This document shows positions 19,224 through 27,969 of a DNA stretch of 64,000 nucleotides, in pieces. The position numbers and the translations under genes were made by a program. The stretch's first letter is position 1. The number at the start of each line of letters is the position of its first letter. The DNA comes from Desulfatibacillum sp. (GTDB taxonomy: Bacteria; Desulfobacterota; Desulfobacteria; Desulfobacterales; SpSt-501). The notes beneath the pieces were generated by a model. That model made no database searches and was not told the DNA's origin. It saw only the letters and a list, made by a program, of their open reading frames with translations. The stretch is from contig DYEU01000010.1 of NCBI GenBank assembly GCA_020725555.1, positions 74,980-138,979 on the forward strand. Direction: 5' to 3'.

Positions 19224-19359
19224 ACGATGAAGCGGGGCCGGCGCGCGCCAAGACTTCGTCTCCCTCTCCTACCCGAACTTCTCGCGAAAGCCGTGCCGTG
19301 CCTGCCGGCACCGGCTGAGGATTTTCGGGGCGGCCGCAGGCGGCGACCGCAGGGGCGGT

Positions 19360-19375
19360 TGGCGCGATAGTTGCT
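19360..19375 (+). promoter_or_regulatory. sigma54 (-24/-12) promoter of the BMC shell/core operon
   Basis: TGGCGCGATAGTTGCT with canonical GG-N10-GC spacing. About 110 nt upstream of ATG 19485. Confidence 0.7.
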
Positions 19376-19484
19376 TGAAGCAGGAGGATGGCCGGGCGTC
19401 CGCGCGGCCTTCCCCGTTTCCGGGAGCCGGCCGGGAAGGGCAGGGCGACAGCGGCGGGGACCCCACGGCCGACGGAGGGCCTGC

Positions 19485-20177
19485 ATGGGCAAACTGGTCA
19501 TCTCCATGGCGGACATCGAGGATGCCGTGCGCAAGGGCGAGCGCACCCTGAGGATCCGCTCCGGCGAATGCATCGTGACCCCGGGCGCCCGGGACAGGGC
19601 CCGCGAAATGGGGATCACCCTCCTCGAGGAGGGATCCGCAACCGCCGCCGCGGAGGCGACCGCGGCGGAGACGCCGGCCCTCCCCGAAACGGCGGAGGCG
19701 CTCGTCCGCGAGGTCTGCCGCCACATCGGCGAGCACCTGCCCGCGGGAGTCGAAGCGGGAGAGCTCGAGCGGCTCGTGCGCGGCGCGGTCGCCGCGCGCC
19801 TGGCGGGGCAGCGCGCCGCCGCCGCGGCCGTTTCGCCCGCGGCGCGCGGGGTCTTCTTCGTTCGCGGGTCGCGGCTGCTCGAGGATGCCTCCGGGCCCGT
19901 TCCGGTCGAGGAAAAGGCCATCGTCGCCGAGGCCTTGGGGGGCGGCGAGGAGATGCGGCTCGCCGGCGGGTTCATGGAGTGGGAAAAGGCCTCCTTCCGG
20001 CGCGTCGTCGAATCCGCGGAAATCGCGGTCGTGCTGGAGGGCGAGCTGCGGCTCGCCGTGGGGGAAACGCGGATCGAGGCGCGGCCCGGCGACATGCTCT
20101 ACTTCGCGCCGGGGACCGAGCTGGTCTACGAAGCCGAGGGGCGCGTGCGCCTCGCCTGCGTCAACGGCATCCGGTAA
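19485..20177 (+). CDS. eutQ: EutQ-like cupin protein (BMC-associated; EutQ has acetate kinase activity)
   Basis: N-terminus [46 protein letters not shown] parallels the E. coli EutQ N-terminus (recalled). C-terminal cupin [33 protein letters not shown] 7 nt upstream of ATG 19485. Confidence 0.8.
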   Translation: MGKLVISMADIEDAVRKGERTLRIRSGECIVTPGARDRAREMGITLLEEGSATAAAEATAAETPALPETAEALVREVCRHIGEHLPAGVEAGELERLVRGAVAARLAGQRAAAAAVSPAARGVFFVRGSRLLEDASGPVPVEEKAIVAEALGGGEEMRLAGGFMEWEKASFRRVVESAEIAVVLEGELRLAVGETRIEARPGDMLYFAPGTELVYEAEGRVRLACVNGIR

Positions 20178-20197
20178 CCTGAGGAGGCCCGGGCGGC

Positions 20198-21199
20198 GTG
20201 GACATTCTGGAGCGCTGTGTCGAAGCCTGTCGCCGCCACCCCGGGACGGTCGCCTTCCCCGACTGCCTGGACGAGCGGGTGATCGCCGCCGCCGGGCGGC
20301 TCAAGCGCGAAGGGCTTGCCGAGCCCGTTCTCGTCCAGTCCCCCTTCGCCGTGCGCGGGAAACTCCGCGAGGCGCGGGTGCGGGGCACCGGCTTCGTGGT
20401 GGTCGACCCGGGAAGCCCCACGGTTGCGGAAAGGAACGCGCGGCAGTTCAGCGAAATCCGGCGGGAGGCCGGAAAACCCGTGCACGCCGAGGAGGCCGAG
20501 GAGGTCGCGCGCGACCCGCTCACGGCGGCGGCGATGATGGTGCGGCGCGGCGAGGTCGAGGTCGGGGTCGCCGGCAACCTCTCCACCACGGCGGCGGTGC
20601 TGCGCACCGGGCTGCGGGTGCTGCCCCGGAAGCCCGGCATCCGCACCATTTCGAGTTTCTTCCTCATGGTCTCGCCGGACTACGAGCGCCGCTTCATCTT
20701 CGCCGACTGCGCCGTCGTCCCCGAGCCGACGGAGGAGGCGCTCGCCGACATCGCCCTCGCTTCCGCCGACCAGGCGCGCAGCCTCCTGGGCGAGGAGCCG
20801 CGCGTCGCGCTGCTCTCCTTTTCCACCAAGGGCAGCGCCCGGCACCCCCGGGCGGAGATGGTGCGGCGGGCGGTGGAGCTCGTGCGGGAGCGCGCCCCCG
20901 ATTTGAAGGTGGACGGGGAGCTGCAGTTCGACGCCGCCGTGGACCCGGAGGTCGCGGCCCTGAAGGCCCCCGGCAGCGTGCTCGCCGGCCAGGCGAATGT
21001 GGTCATTTTCCCCTCGCTCGAGGCGGGCAACATCGGCTACAAGATGGTGCAACGGCTGGCCGGGTACTCCGCCATCGGCCCCTTCCTTCAGGGGTTCGCC
21101 GGCGGCTGGCACGATCTCTCCCGCGGCTGCAGCGCCGAGGACATTTTTCAGGTGGCCGTGCTGGCGATCTGCATGAAGCGCGGCAACCTGCTCGCATGA
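20198..21199 (+). CDS. pta: phosphate acetyltransferase (PTA_PTB type)
   Basis: 333 aa. [12 protein letters not shown]...[11 protein letters not shown]...[17 protein letters not shown], typical of short Pta. GTG start. Confidence 0.9.
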   Translation: MDILERCVEACRRHPGTVAFPDCLDERVIAAAGRLKREGLAEPVLVQSPFAVRGKLREARVRGTGFVVVDPGSPTVAERNARQFSEIRREAGKPVHAEEAEEVARDPLTAAAMMVRRGEVEVGVAGNLSTTAAVLRTGLRVLPRKPGIRTISSFFLMVSPDYERRFIFADCAVVPEPTEEALADIALASADQARSLLGEEPRVALLSFSTKGSARHPRAEMVRRAVELVRERAPDLKVDGELQFDAAVDPEVAALKAPGSVLAGQANVVIFPSLEAGNIGYKMVQRLAGYSAIGPFLQGFAGGWHDLSRGCSAEDIFQVAVLAICMKRGNLLA

Positions 21200-21231
21200 A
21201 CCCGAACGAAACCCTACGCCAGGAGGAATCC

Positions 21232-21510
21232 GTGGACGCACTGGGCATGATCGAAACCAAGGGGCTCGTCGCCCTGATCGAGGCGGCCGACGCCATGGTG
21301 AAGGCCGCGCGGGTCCAGCTCGTCGCCTACAAACAGATCGGGGCGGGCTACGTCACGGCGCTCGTTCGCGGCGACGTCGCCGCCTGCAAGGCGGCCACCG
21401 ACGCCGGGGCGGCGGCCGCGCGCCGCGTGGGCGAGGTGATCGCCGTCCATGTCATCCCGCGCCCCCACGGCGATCTGGACGCCGTCTTTCCGATCCAGGT
21501 GCGGGAATAA
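21232..21510 (+). CDS. BMC-H shell protein (PduA/EutM type)
   Basis: [25 protein letters not shown]...[19 protein letters not shown] 5 nt upstream of GTG 21232. An alternative ATG at 21196 overlaps the pta stop. Confidence 0.9.
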   Translation: MDALGMIETKGLVALIEAADAMVKAARVQLVAYKQIGAGYVTALVRGDVAACKAATDAGAAAARRVGEVIAVHVIPRPHGDLDAVFPIQVRE

Positions 21511-21540
21511 CGGGGGGCGCCGGGCAGGCGGGGCTTGGCC

Positions 21541-22878
21541 ATGAACCGGGAGCGCATCCTGCGGCAGATCCGCGATGCCGGCGTCGTCGGCCAGGGCGGG
21601 GCGGGGTTTCCCGCCCACGTCAAGTTCGCCGCCCCGGTGGAGACCGTCATCGCCAACGGCTGCGAGTGCGAGCCGCTGCTCTTCTCCGACCAGGTGCTGA
21701 TGCAGCGCCACGCGGAGGAGATCGTCGAGGCGCTCGAGGCCGTCATGGCCGCGGTCGGTGCGCGCCGCGGGATCATCGCCATCAAGGAAAAATACCGGAC
21801 GGCCGGGGAGCGCTTCGAGCGCCTGCTCGGAGGAAAACCGATCGAGCTTGCGCGCCTTGAGAACTTCTACCCCGCGGGCGACGAGCACGTCCTCGTCCAC
21901 GAACTGCTCGGCCGGGCGATCCCGCCTCTCGGGCTGCCCAAGGATGTCGGCGCCGTCGTCTCCAACGTGGGGACCCTTCATGCCGTGCACCGGGCGATGG
22001 CGGGCCTGCCGGTGACCCACCGCCTGGTCACCGTCACCGGCGAGGTGCGGCGCCCCGCCGTGCTCGAGGTGCCGATCGGCACGCCGGTCGAGGAATGCAT
22101 CGCGGCCTGCGGCGGGCCCGCCGTCGCCGACCCCGTGCTGGTCCTCGGCGGGCCGATGATGGGCCGCTTCGTGGACGGGCCGGAGGCGATGCGCCGGGAG
22201 GTCGTCACCAAGACCACGGGGGGGGTGCTGCTGCTGCCGCGCGGCCACTACCTCCACCGCATGGCCACCCTGTCGGTCCGCGAGATGGAGAAGCAGGCCG
22301 CGGCGGCCTGCATCCAGTGCCGCTACTGCACCGACCTCTGCCCGCGGCACAACATCGGCCACAGCTTCGAGACCCACCGCGTGATGCGGGCCTTCGGCGG
22401 CGGGGTCGCCACGGCGCCGGGAACCCTGCAGGCGTTCCTGTGCAGCGAATGCGGCGTGTGCGAGCTCTTCGCCTGCCCCATGCGGCTTTCGCCGCGGCGG
22501 ATCAACGCCCTGTTCAAGGCCCGCTTCCGCGAGCGGCAGATCGCCTACGAGGGGCCGCGCGAGGTGGTGCCCGCCCAGTCCCTGCTGAACCGGCACCGCA
22601 AGATCCCGGTTTCGCGCCTGGCGATCAAGCTGGACATCCAGAAATACCTCGCCATTCACCCCGCCGAGGGGGAGCGTCTTTCCCCGGCGCAAGTGACGAT
22701 CCCCCTGCAGCAGCATGCGGGGGCCCCGGCCGTCGCCTGCGTGCGACCGGGCGAGCGGGTGGAGGAGGGAGCGGCAATCGGCGAAATCCCCGAGGGCAAG
22801 CTGGGCGCCCGGGTGCACGCCTCCATCGCCGGGGAGGTGATCCGGGTGGACAACGCCGTCACGATCCGGAGGGGCTGA
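21541..22878 (+). CDS. pduS: PduS-like flavin/Fe-S oxidoreductase (RnfC/Nqo1-like)
   Basis: AGVVGQGGAGFPAHVKF nucleotide/flavin motif. Two ferredoxin-type Cys clusters: CIQCRYCTDLCP and CSECGVCELFACP. Confidence 0.85.
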   Translation: MNRERILRQIRDAGVVGQGGAGFPAHVKFAAPVETVIANGCECEPLLFSDQVLMQRHAEEIVEALEAVMAAVGARRGIIAIKEKYRTAGERFERLLGGKPIELARLENFYPAGDEHVLVHELLGRAIPPLGLPKDVGAVVSNVGTLHAVHRAMAGLPVTHRLVTVTGEVRRPAVLEVPIGTPVEECIAACGGPAVADPVLVLGGPMMGRFVDGPEAMRREVVTKTTGGVLLLPRGHYLHRMATLSVREMEKQAAAACIQCRYCTDLCPRHNIGHSFETHRVMRAFGGGVATAPGTLQAFLCSECGVCELFACPMRLSPRRINALFKARFRERQIAYEGPREVVPAQSLLNRHRKIPVSRLAIKLDIQKYLAIHPAEGERLSPAQVTIPLQQHAGAPAVACVRPGERVEEGAAIGEIPEGKLGARVHASIAGEVIRVDNAVTIRRG

Positions 22879-22881
22879 ACC

Positions 22882-23442
22882 GTGGAACCCGAGCTCCATG
22901 CCGTGGGAATGATCGAGTTCAACAGCATCGCCGGGGGCATCGAGGGGGCCGACGCCATGGTGAAGGCCGCGATCGTCGAGCCCTTCCTGATGAAGACCAT
23001 CTGCCCGGGGAAATTCGTCGTCGCCGTGCACGGGGAGGTGGCCGACGTCCAGGCCGCGATCGACGCCGGGCTCGCCCTCGGCAAGGACGCCGTCATCGAT
23101 CACTTCGTCATCCCCCACATCCGCATGGACGTGATCCGCGCGATCGGGGCAAGCCTGACGGACCATCGCGGGGGGGCCGCCCTGGGGGTGATCGAAACCT
23201 TCTCCGCCGCCTCCTGCGTCGTCGCGGCCGATGCGGCGGCCAAAGCCGCCGATGTGGATGTCCTGGACGTGCGGCTCGCCATGGGCCTCGGGGGCAAGGC
23301 GTTCTGCTTGCTCGCCGGGGACGTGGGGGCGGTGGAACGCGCCGTGGAGGCGGGGGCGGAGCGGGCCTCCGCCGAGGGCCTGCTGGTCCGCCGGGTGGTG
23401 ATCCCCGGGGTGGCCGCGGAGGTGCTGCGCCATATCCTCTAG
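22882..23442 (+). CDS. pduT: tandem-domain BMC-T shell protein, PduT-like
   Basis: Two BMC domains ([24 protein letters not shown]; ALGVIETFSAASCVVAADAAAKAA). KTICPGKF matches the Cys-containing Fe-S site motif of Salmonella PduT (recalled). Confidence 0.85.
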   Translation: MEPELHAVGMIEFNSIAGGIEGADAMVKAAIVEPFLMKTICPGKFVVAVHGEVADVQAAIDAGLALGKDAVIDHFVIPHIRMDVIRAIGASLTDHRGGAALGVIETFSAASCVVAADAAAKAADVDVLDVRLAMGLGGKAFCLLAGDVGAVERAVEAGAERASAEGLLVRRVVIPGVAAEVLRHIL

Positions 23443-23494
23443 CCGCGGGGCGCGGCCTGCGAGGCGATTTTTCGTCAAGGAAAGGAAGACACCC

Positions 23495-23839
23495 ATGGCC
23501 GAATCGGAAGCGTTGGGATTCGTCGAAACCCGGGGCCTGGTGGCCGCCATCGAGGCCGCCGACGCGATGGCCAAGGCGGCCCGCGTGCGCATCAAGACCG
23601 TCGGCAACGCCGATGCGGCCCTCATCAGCGTGATCTGCGAGGGCGACATCGCCGCCTGCGCGGCCGCCGTGGACGCGGGGAAAGCCGCCGCGGCCCGCGT
23701 GGGGGACCTGGTCGGCAGCAACCTGATCGCCCGCCCCGACGCGGACACCGCGCGGCTGGTCGAAGAGCGGATCGATGTCCTCATGCCCCCGGCCGGGGAG
23801 GCGGCGAAGGGCACCCCCCGGCCCAAGGGCAGAAAATAA
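23495..23839 (+). CDS. BMC-H shell protein with a ~25-aa basic C-terminal extension
   Basis: [24 protein letters not shown]...[15 protein letters not shown]. Tail [17 protein letters not shown]. Confidence 0.85.
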   Translation: MAESEALGFVETRGLVAAIEAADAMAKAARVRIKTVGNADAALISVICEGDIAACAAAVDAGKAAAARVGDLVGSNLIARPDADTARLVEERIDVLMPPAGEAAKGTPRPKGRK

Positions 23840-23915
23840 CCCTGCCCGCCCCCCGACGTGGGGGCGGCAACGCCCATGCGGCCCACCGGGGGCCGCCAAG
23901 GAGAGCGAGGAGACC

Positions 23916-24194
23916 ATGATGGACGCACTGGGAATGATCGAAACCAAGGGGTTGACCGCACTGATCGAGGCCTCCGACGCGATGGTCAAGGCCGCGCGCG
24001 TGACCCTCGTCGGCTACGAGCGGATCGGCGGCGGCTACGTGACCGCGCTCGTCCGCGGCGATGTCGCCGCCTGCAAGGCGGCCACCGACGCCGGGGCGGC
24101 CGCGGCGCGCCGCGTCGGGGAAGTGATCGCCGTCCACGTCATCCCGCGGCCGCACGGGGACCTCGAGAAGGTCTTCCCGATCGCCATGAAGTAG
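23916..24194 (+). CDS. BMC-H shell protein (paralogue of 21232..21510)
   Basis: [28 protein letters not shown] 44-aa stretch is identical to the first BMC-H. Confidence 0.9.
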   Translation: MMDALGMIETKGLTALIEASDAMVKAARVTLVGYERIGGGYVTALVRGDVAACKAATDAGAAAARRVGEVIAVHVIPRPHGDLEKVFPIAMK

Positions 24195-24305
24195 CCGCGC
24201 TTGCGGAAGCCCCCCGCCGCGCGATCGGCCGCGGCGGCCCCTGCGCTTCGGGGTCCCCTCTTCCGGGGCACGGGGGGGGACTGGCTTCCAGAGAGGAGAC
24301 CGGCC

Positions 24306-24611
24306 ATGGAACTCGGCAAGGTCATCGGCCAGGTGGTGGCCACGGTGCGCGACCCGGGGCTGCCGAACCTGACCTTTCTGCTCGTGCACATCGTCGACGA
24401 GCACGGCAACGTCACGCTGCCCAGCCAGGTCGCCGCCGACCCGATCGGCGCCGGCGAGGGCGAGATGGTCCTCCTCGTGCGCGGCAGCTCCGCACGGCTC
24501 ATCCTGGAGGGAAAAGCGCCGATCGATCTCAGCGTGATCGGCATCGTCGACCAGATTTCCTCCGGCAAGAAGGCGATCTACGCCAAGTACGCGCCGGAGA
24601 CACGCAAGTAA
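24306..24611 (+). CDS. eutN: BMC-P pentameric vertex protein (EutN/PduN/CcmL family)
   Basis: [19 protein letters not shown]...[20 protein letters not shown]. About 101 aa. Confidence 0.85.
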   Translation: MELGKVIGQVVATVRDPGLPNLTFLLVHIVDEHGNVTLPSQVAADPIGAGEGEMVLLVRGSSARLILEGKAPIDLSVIGIVDQISSGKKAIYAKYAPETRK

Positions 24612-24629
24612 CCGCCCGGGGGAGACTCC

Positions 24630-26051
24630 ATGCAGATCCAGCGTGAGCAAATCGAATCGATCGTCCGCGAAGTCCTCCAGCAGCTCACCGCCCGCATGCC
24701 GCAATCGCCGGCCGCGTCGGCGGAGGGCGACTGGGGGGTGTTCGAGCGGCTCGAGGATGCGGTCTCGGCCGCGGACCGGGCCTTCCGGCGCCTGGACACG
24801 GTCGCCCTGCGCGAGCGCGTCGTCGAGGCGATCCGGCGCGCGGCGCGGGCGAACGCCCGGCGGCTGGCGGAGATGGCCGTGGACGAAACCGGCATGGGAA
24901 GGATCGAGGACAAGGTGAAGAAGATCCTGCTCGTCGCCGACCGCACCCCGGGTCCGGAGATTCTCTTCCCGAGCGCCATGTCCGGGGATGCGGGCTTGAC
25001 GCTCGTCGAAAACGCCCCCTGGGGCGTCATCGCCTCCGTCACCCCCTCCACGAACCCCGCGGCCACGGTCATCAACAACGGGATCAGCATGCTCTCCGGC
25101 GGAAACGCCGTCGTCTTCGCCCCGCACCCGGGCGCCAAGCGGGTCTCCCAGGAGGCGATCCGGATCCTCAACAAGGCGATCCACGAGGAGACGGGCCTCG
25201 TCCACCTGATGACCTGTGTGCGCGAGCCGAGCATCGAAATCGCCCAGAAGCTCTTCACCTACCCCGGGATCCACCTGCTGGTCGTGACCGGCGGGGAGGC
25301 CGTGGTCGAGGCCGCGCGCAAGACGACCAACAAGCGCCTGATCGCCGCCGGCGCCGGAAACCCGCCGGTGGTGGTCGACGAGACCGCGGACCTGAAGCGC
25401 GCGGCGCGCAGCATTTACGAGGGGGCCTCCTTCGACAACAACATCGTCTGCTGCGACGAAAAGGAGATCATCGCCGTCGAGGCCATCGCCGATGCCCTCA
25501 AGCGCGAGCTCGCCGCCTGCGGGGCGGTCGAGATCTCCCGCGAGCAGGCCGAGGCCGTCGCCCGCGCGACGCTCCTCGACTACCCCGGCCCCAAGGCGCG
25601 CCCGAACCCCCGCTGGGTCGGGCGCGACGCCGCCGAGCTCGCCAAGGCGGCCGGTTTCAGCGTCCCCGACGCCTGCCGCCTGCTGTTCGTCGACGTGGGC
25701 CGCGACGTGGACCACGTCTACGCGCGCGTCGAGCAGATGATGCCGCTCGTCCCTCTCCTGCGGGCGGCGGATTTCGAGCAGGCGCTCGAATGGGCGCTCC
25801 TTCTCGAGCGCGACCGCCGGCACACCGCGGCCCTGCACTCGCGCGACATCGACCACATGGACACCATGGCGAAGCGCGTGAACACGAGCCTCTTCGTCAA
25901 GAACGGCCCCTGCATCGCGGGCCTCGGCGCCGGGGGGGAGGGTTGGACCTCGATGACGATCTCGACCCCGACCGGCGAGGGCGTCACCAACGCCCGCACC
26001 TTCGTGCGGCTCAGGCGCTGCACCCTGGTCGGAAGCTTCCGGATCGTCTGA
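24630..26051 (+). CDS. CoA-acylating aldehyde dehydrogenase (PduP/EutE type) with N-terminal encapsulation-peptide-like helix
   Basis: 473 aa. Catalytic Cys region [11 protein letters not shown]-terminus [23 protein letters not shown], then a Pro/Ser/Ala linker, as in PduP. Confidence 0.85.
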   Translation: MQIQREQIESIVREVLQQLTARMPQSPAASAEGDWGVFERLEDAVSAADRAFRRLDTVALRERVVEAIRRAARANARRLAEMAVDETGMGRIEDKVKKILLVADRTPGPEILFPSAMSGDAGLTLVENAPWGVIASVTPSTNPAATVINNGISMLSGGNAVVFAPHPGAKRVSQEAIRILNKAIHEETGLVHLMTCVREPSIEIAQKLFTYPGIHLLVVTGGEAVVEAARKTTNKRLIAAGAGNPPVVVDETADLKRAARSIYEGASFDNNIVCCDEKEIIAVEAIADALKRELAACGAVEISREQAEAVARATLLDYPGPKARPNPRWVGRDAAELAKAAGFSVPDACRLLFVDVGRDVDHVYARVEQMMPLVPLLRAADFEQALEWALLLERDRRHTAALHSRDIDHMDTMAKRVNTSLFVKNGPCIAGLGAGGEGWTSMTISTPTGEGVTNARTFVRLRRCTLVGSFRIV

Positions 26052-26110
26052 CCGCGCCCGGGGCAAGGCCCGCCGCACCCGCCGCAAGGCGTTCTGAAGC
26101 GAGGTGCCCC

Positions 26111-26938
26111 ATGATTCCCCTCTCGTGGCCGGAGACGAACCGGCGCCTCGAGCGGGCGGCCGCGCTCTTAAACGACGACCGCCCCGCGCCCGCCCCCGCC
26201 GGTCCCTGCCATCTCGGCATCGATCTCGGGACCGCCGACGTCGTGTTCATGGCCCTCGACGCCCGGGGGGAGCCCGTCTCCTGTTTCCTCGAGTGGACGG
26301 AGGTGGTGCGGGACGGGGTCGTGGTCGATTTCGCGGGCGCCGTGGAGGTCGCCCGCCGCCTGCTCCGGCGCACCGAGGAGCGGCTCGGCCTCTCCTTCCG
26401 CCGGGCCTCGACCTCCTACCCCCCGGGCACCGATCCCAAGCTCTCGACCTACATCCTCGACCGGCTCGGGCTCGAGGTGGCGGGGCTCGCCGACGAGCCG
26501 AGCTGTGTGGCTCGGCTGCTTGAGCTCGAGCGCACGGCGGTCGTCGACGTGGGCGGCGGCACGACGGGCACCGCCGTCGTGCAGGGGGGGCGGGTGGTCT
26601 TCTCCGGGGATCTGCCGACCGGCGGGCGGCACATCACGCTCGTCCTCGCCGGCCATTACGGGATCCCCCCCGAGGAAGCCGAGCTGCGCAAGCGCACGGG
26701 CGACCCCGCCGAGATCCTGCGGCTCGCCCGGCCGACCCTCGAGCGGATGTGCGAGATCGTGGCCGGGCACATCCGCGGCCACGACGTGCGGGAGCTGCTG
26801 CTGACGGGGGGGACCTGCTGCCTGCCGGGGGTGGACCGGGTCTTCGCCGAGGTGCTCGGGCTGCCCGTCCGGCTTCCCGGGCAGCCCCTGCTGCTCACGC
26901 CGCTTGCGATCGCGGCACTCGGCCTCGCCGCGGGCTGA
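26111..26938 (+). CDS. eutJ: EutJ-like actin/Hsp70-fold ATPase
   Basis: HLGIDLGTADVV phosphate-1 motif and VVDVGGGTTGTAV phosphate-2 motif. About 275 aa. Confidence 0.8.
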   Translation: MIPLSWPETNRRLERAAALLNDDRPAPAPAGPCHLGIDLGTADVVFMALDARGEPVSCFLEWTEVVRDGVVVDFAGAVEVARRLLRRTEERLGLSFRRASTSYPPGTDPKLSTYILDRLGLEVAGLADEPSCVARLLELERTAVVDVGGGTTGTAVVQGGRVVFSGDLPTGGRHITLVLAGHYGIPPEEAELRKRTGDPAEILRLARPTLERMCEIVAGHIRGHDVRELLLTGGTCCLPGVDRVFAEVLGLPVRLPGQPLLLTPLAIAALGLAAG

Positions 26939-26973
26939 TGCGGGCGGCCCCCGGGGGGACCCGGGCTTCGCCC

Positions 26974-27936
26974 TCAGCGGCCTCCGGCCCGGTAGGCGTC
27001 GGCCGCCGGCTCGGGCTGTTCGGGGACGAGCAGCTCCGGGGCCTCGGTTTGGAGAAAGCGCCGGATCGCGCGTGCCCGCTCCTCGTCAAGCTTGAGCTCG
27101 CCCATGGGAAACTCGAGTCCGAGGTATTCGTACTTGGGTTTTCCCATGCGATGGTAGTCGAGCAGCTCGTAGCGGACGCCGGGCAGCCGGCGGATGTGCT
27201 CCACGATGGCGCGGATCTCCTCCACCGTGTCGTTGAAGCCCGGGATGAGGGGGGTGCGCACCCAGAGGGCGAGCCGCGGGAACTCCTCCCGGATGCGCTG
27301 CAGGTTCTCCAGGATGAGCTCGTTGGAAACGCCGGTGTGGAGCCGGTGTTTGTAGGGGTCCATGCTCTTCACGTCGTAGAGCACGGTGTCGAGCAGCCGG
27401 CACGCCTCCCGCAGGTCCTCCCAGCGGCAGAAGCCGCAGGTCTCCATGGCCGTGTTGAGCCGCCGGCGCCGCGCTTCCCGCAGGAGCGCGATCGCAAAGC
27501 GCGGCTGGTGCATCGGCTCCCCGCCGCTCAGCGTGAGCCCGCCCCCGGAGCGGGTGTAGAAGGCCTGGTCCTCCTCGACCCGGGAGAGCACCTGCTCGAC
27601 GCTCAGCACCTCCCCGTAGACGTTCAGCGCCCGCGACGGGCAGGCCTGGAGGCACAGCAGGCACTCGGTGCAGACGTCGCGGTCGATCGCGATCCGGTTG
27701 TCCTCCCCGGCCTTGAGGGCCCCGGCCGTGCAGACCTCCAGGCAGCGCACGCAGTGCTCGATCCCCAGGCACTTGTTGCGGTTGTAGACGAGCTGGGGGG
27801 CGCCTTTCTGGGACTCGGGGTTGCTGCACCAGCGGCAATGCAGAGGGCAGCCCTTCAGGAACACGACGGTCCGGATGCCCGGACCGTCGTGGACCGAGTA
27901 TTTCTGGATGTTGAAGACGATGCCGGTTTCGGCCAT
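26974..27936 (-). CDS. islB: glycyl-radical enzyme activating enzyme (radical SAM)
   Basis: GCPLHCRWCSNPE (CX3CX2C). Extra ferredoxin-like clusters CLGIEHCVRCLEVC and CTECLLCLQACP. Immediately downstream of the GRE. ATG 27936 preferred. Confidence 0.85.
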   Translation of the reverse strand: MAETGIVFNIQKYSVHDGPGIRTVVFLKGCPLHCRWCSNPESQKGAPQLVYNRNKCLGIEHCVRCLEVCTAGALKAGEDNRIAIDRDVCTECLLCLQACPSRALNVYGEVLSVEQVLSRVEEDQAFYTRSGGGLTLSGGEPMHQPRFAIALLREARRRRLNTAMETCGFCRWEDLREACRLLDTVLYDVKSMDPYKHRLHTGVSNELILENLQRIREEFPRLALWVRTPLIPGFNDTVEEIRAIVEHIRRLPGVRYELLDYHRMGKPKYEYLGLEFPMGELKLDEERARAIRRFLQTEAPELLVPEQPEPAADAYRAGGR

Positions 27937-27969
27937 GCGGCCTCGCAACCCCGCCCCGGGCGGGGCGGG

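Noticed and set aside
18600-19370. 256-aa plus-strand ORF, and other ORFs (18854..20095, 19088..19318), within the 0.8-kb amidohydrolase/BMC intergenic region.
   Set aside because: No motifs and odd composition. They span AT-rich regulatory DNA with palindromes and promoters, so I treat the region as non-coding.
19388-20182. ORF starting at an ATG directly preceded by a perfect AGGAGG.
   Set aside because: The translation is Arg/Gly/Pro-rich junk. The ATG falls at about the predicted sigma54 transcription start. The overlapping frame from ATG 19485 gives a clear EutQ-like protein.
21196-21231. Alternative ATG start for the first BMC-H, overlapping the pta stop (ATGA) and adding [12 protein letters not shown].
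   Set aside because: A strong AGGAGG lies 5 nt before GTG 21232. The paralogue starts directly at [11 protein letters not shown], so the shorter form is preferred, though the longer one is not excluded.
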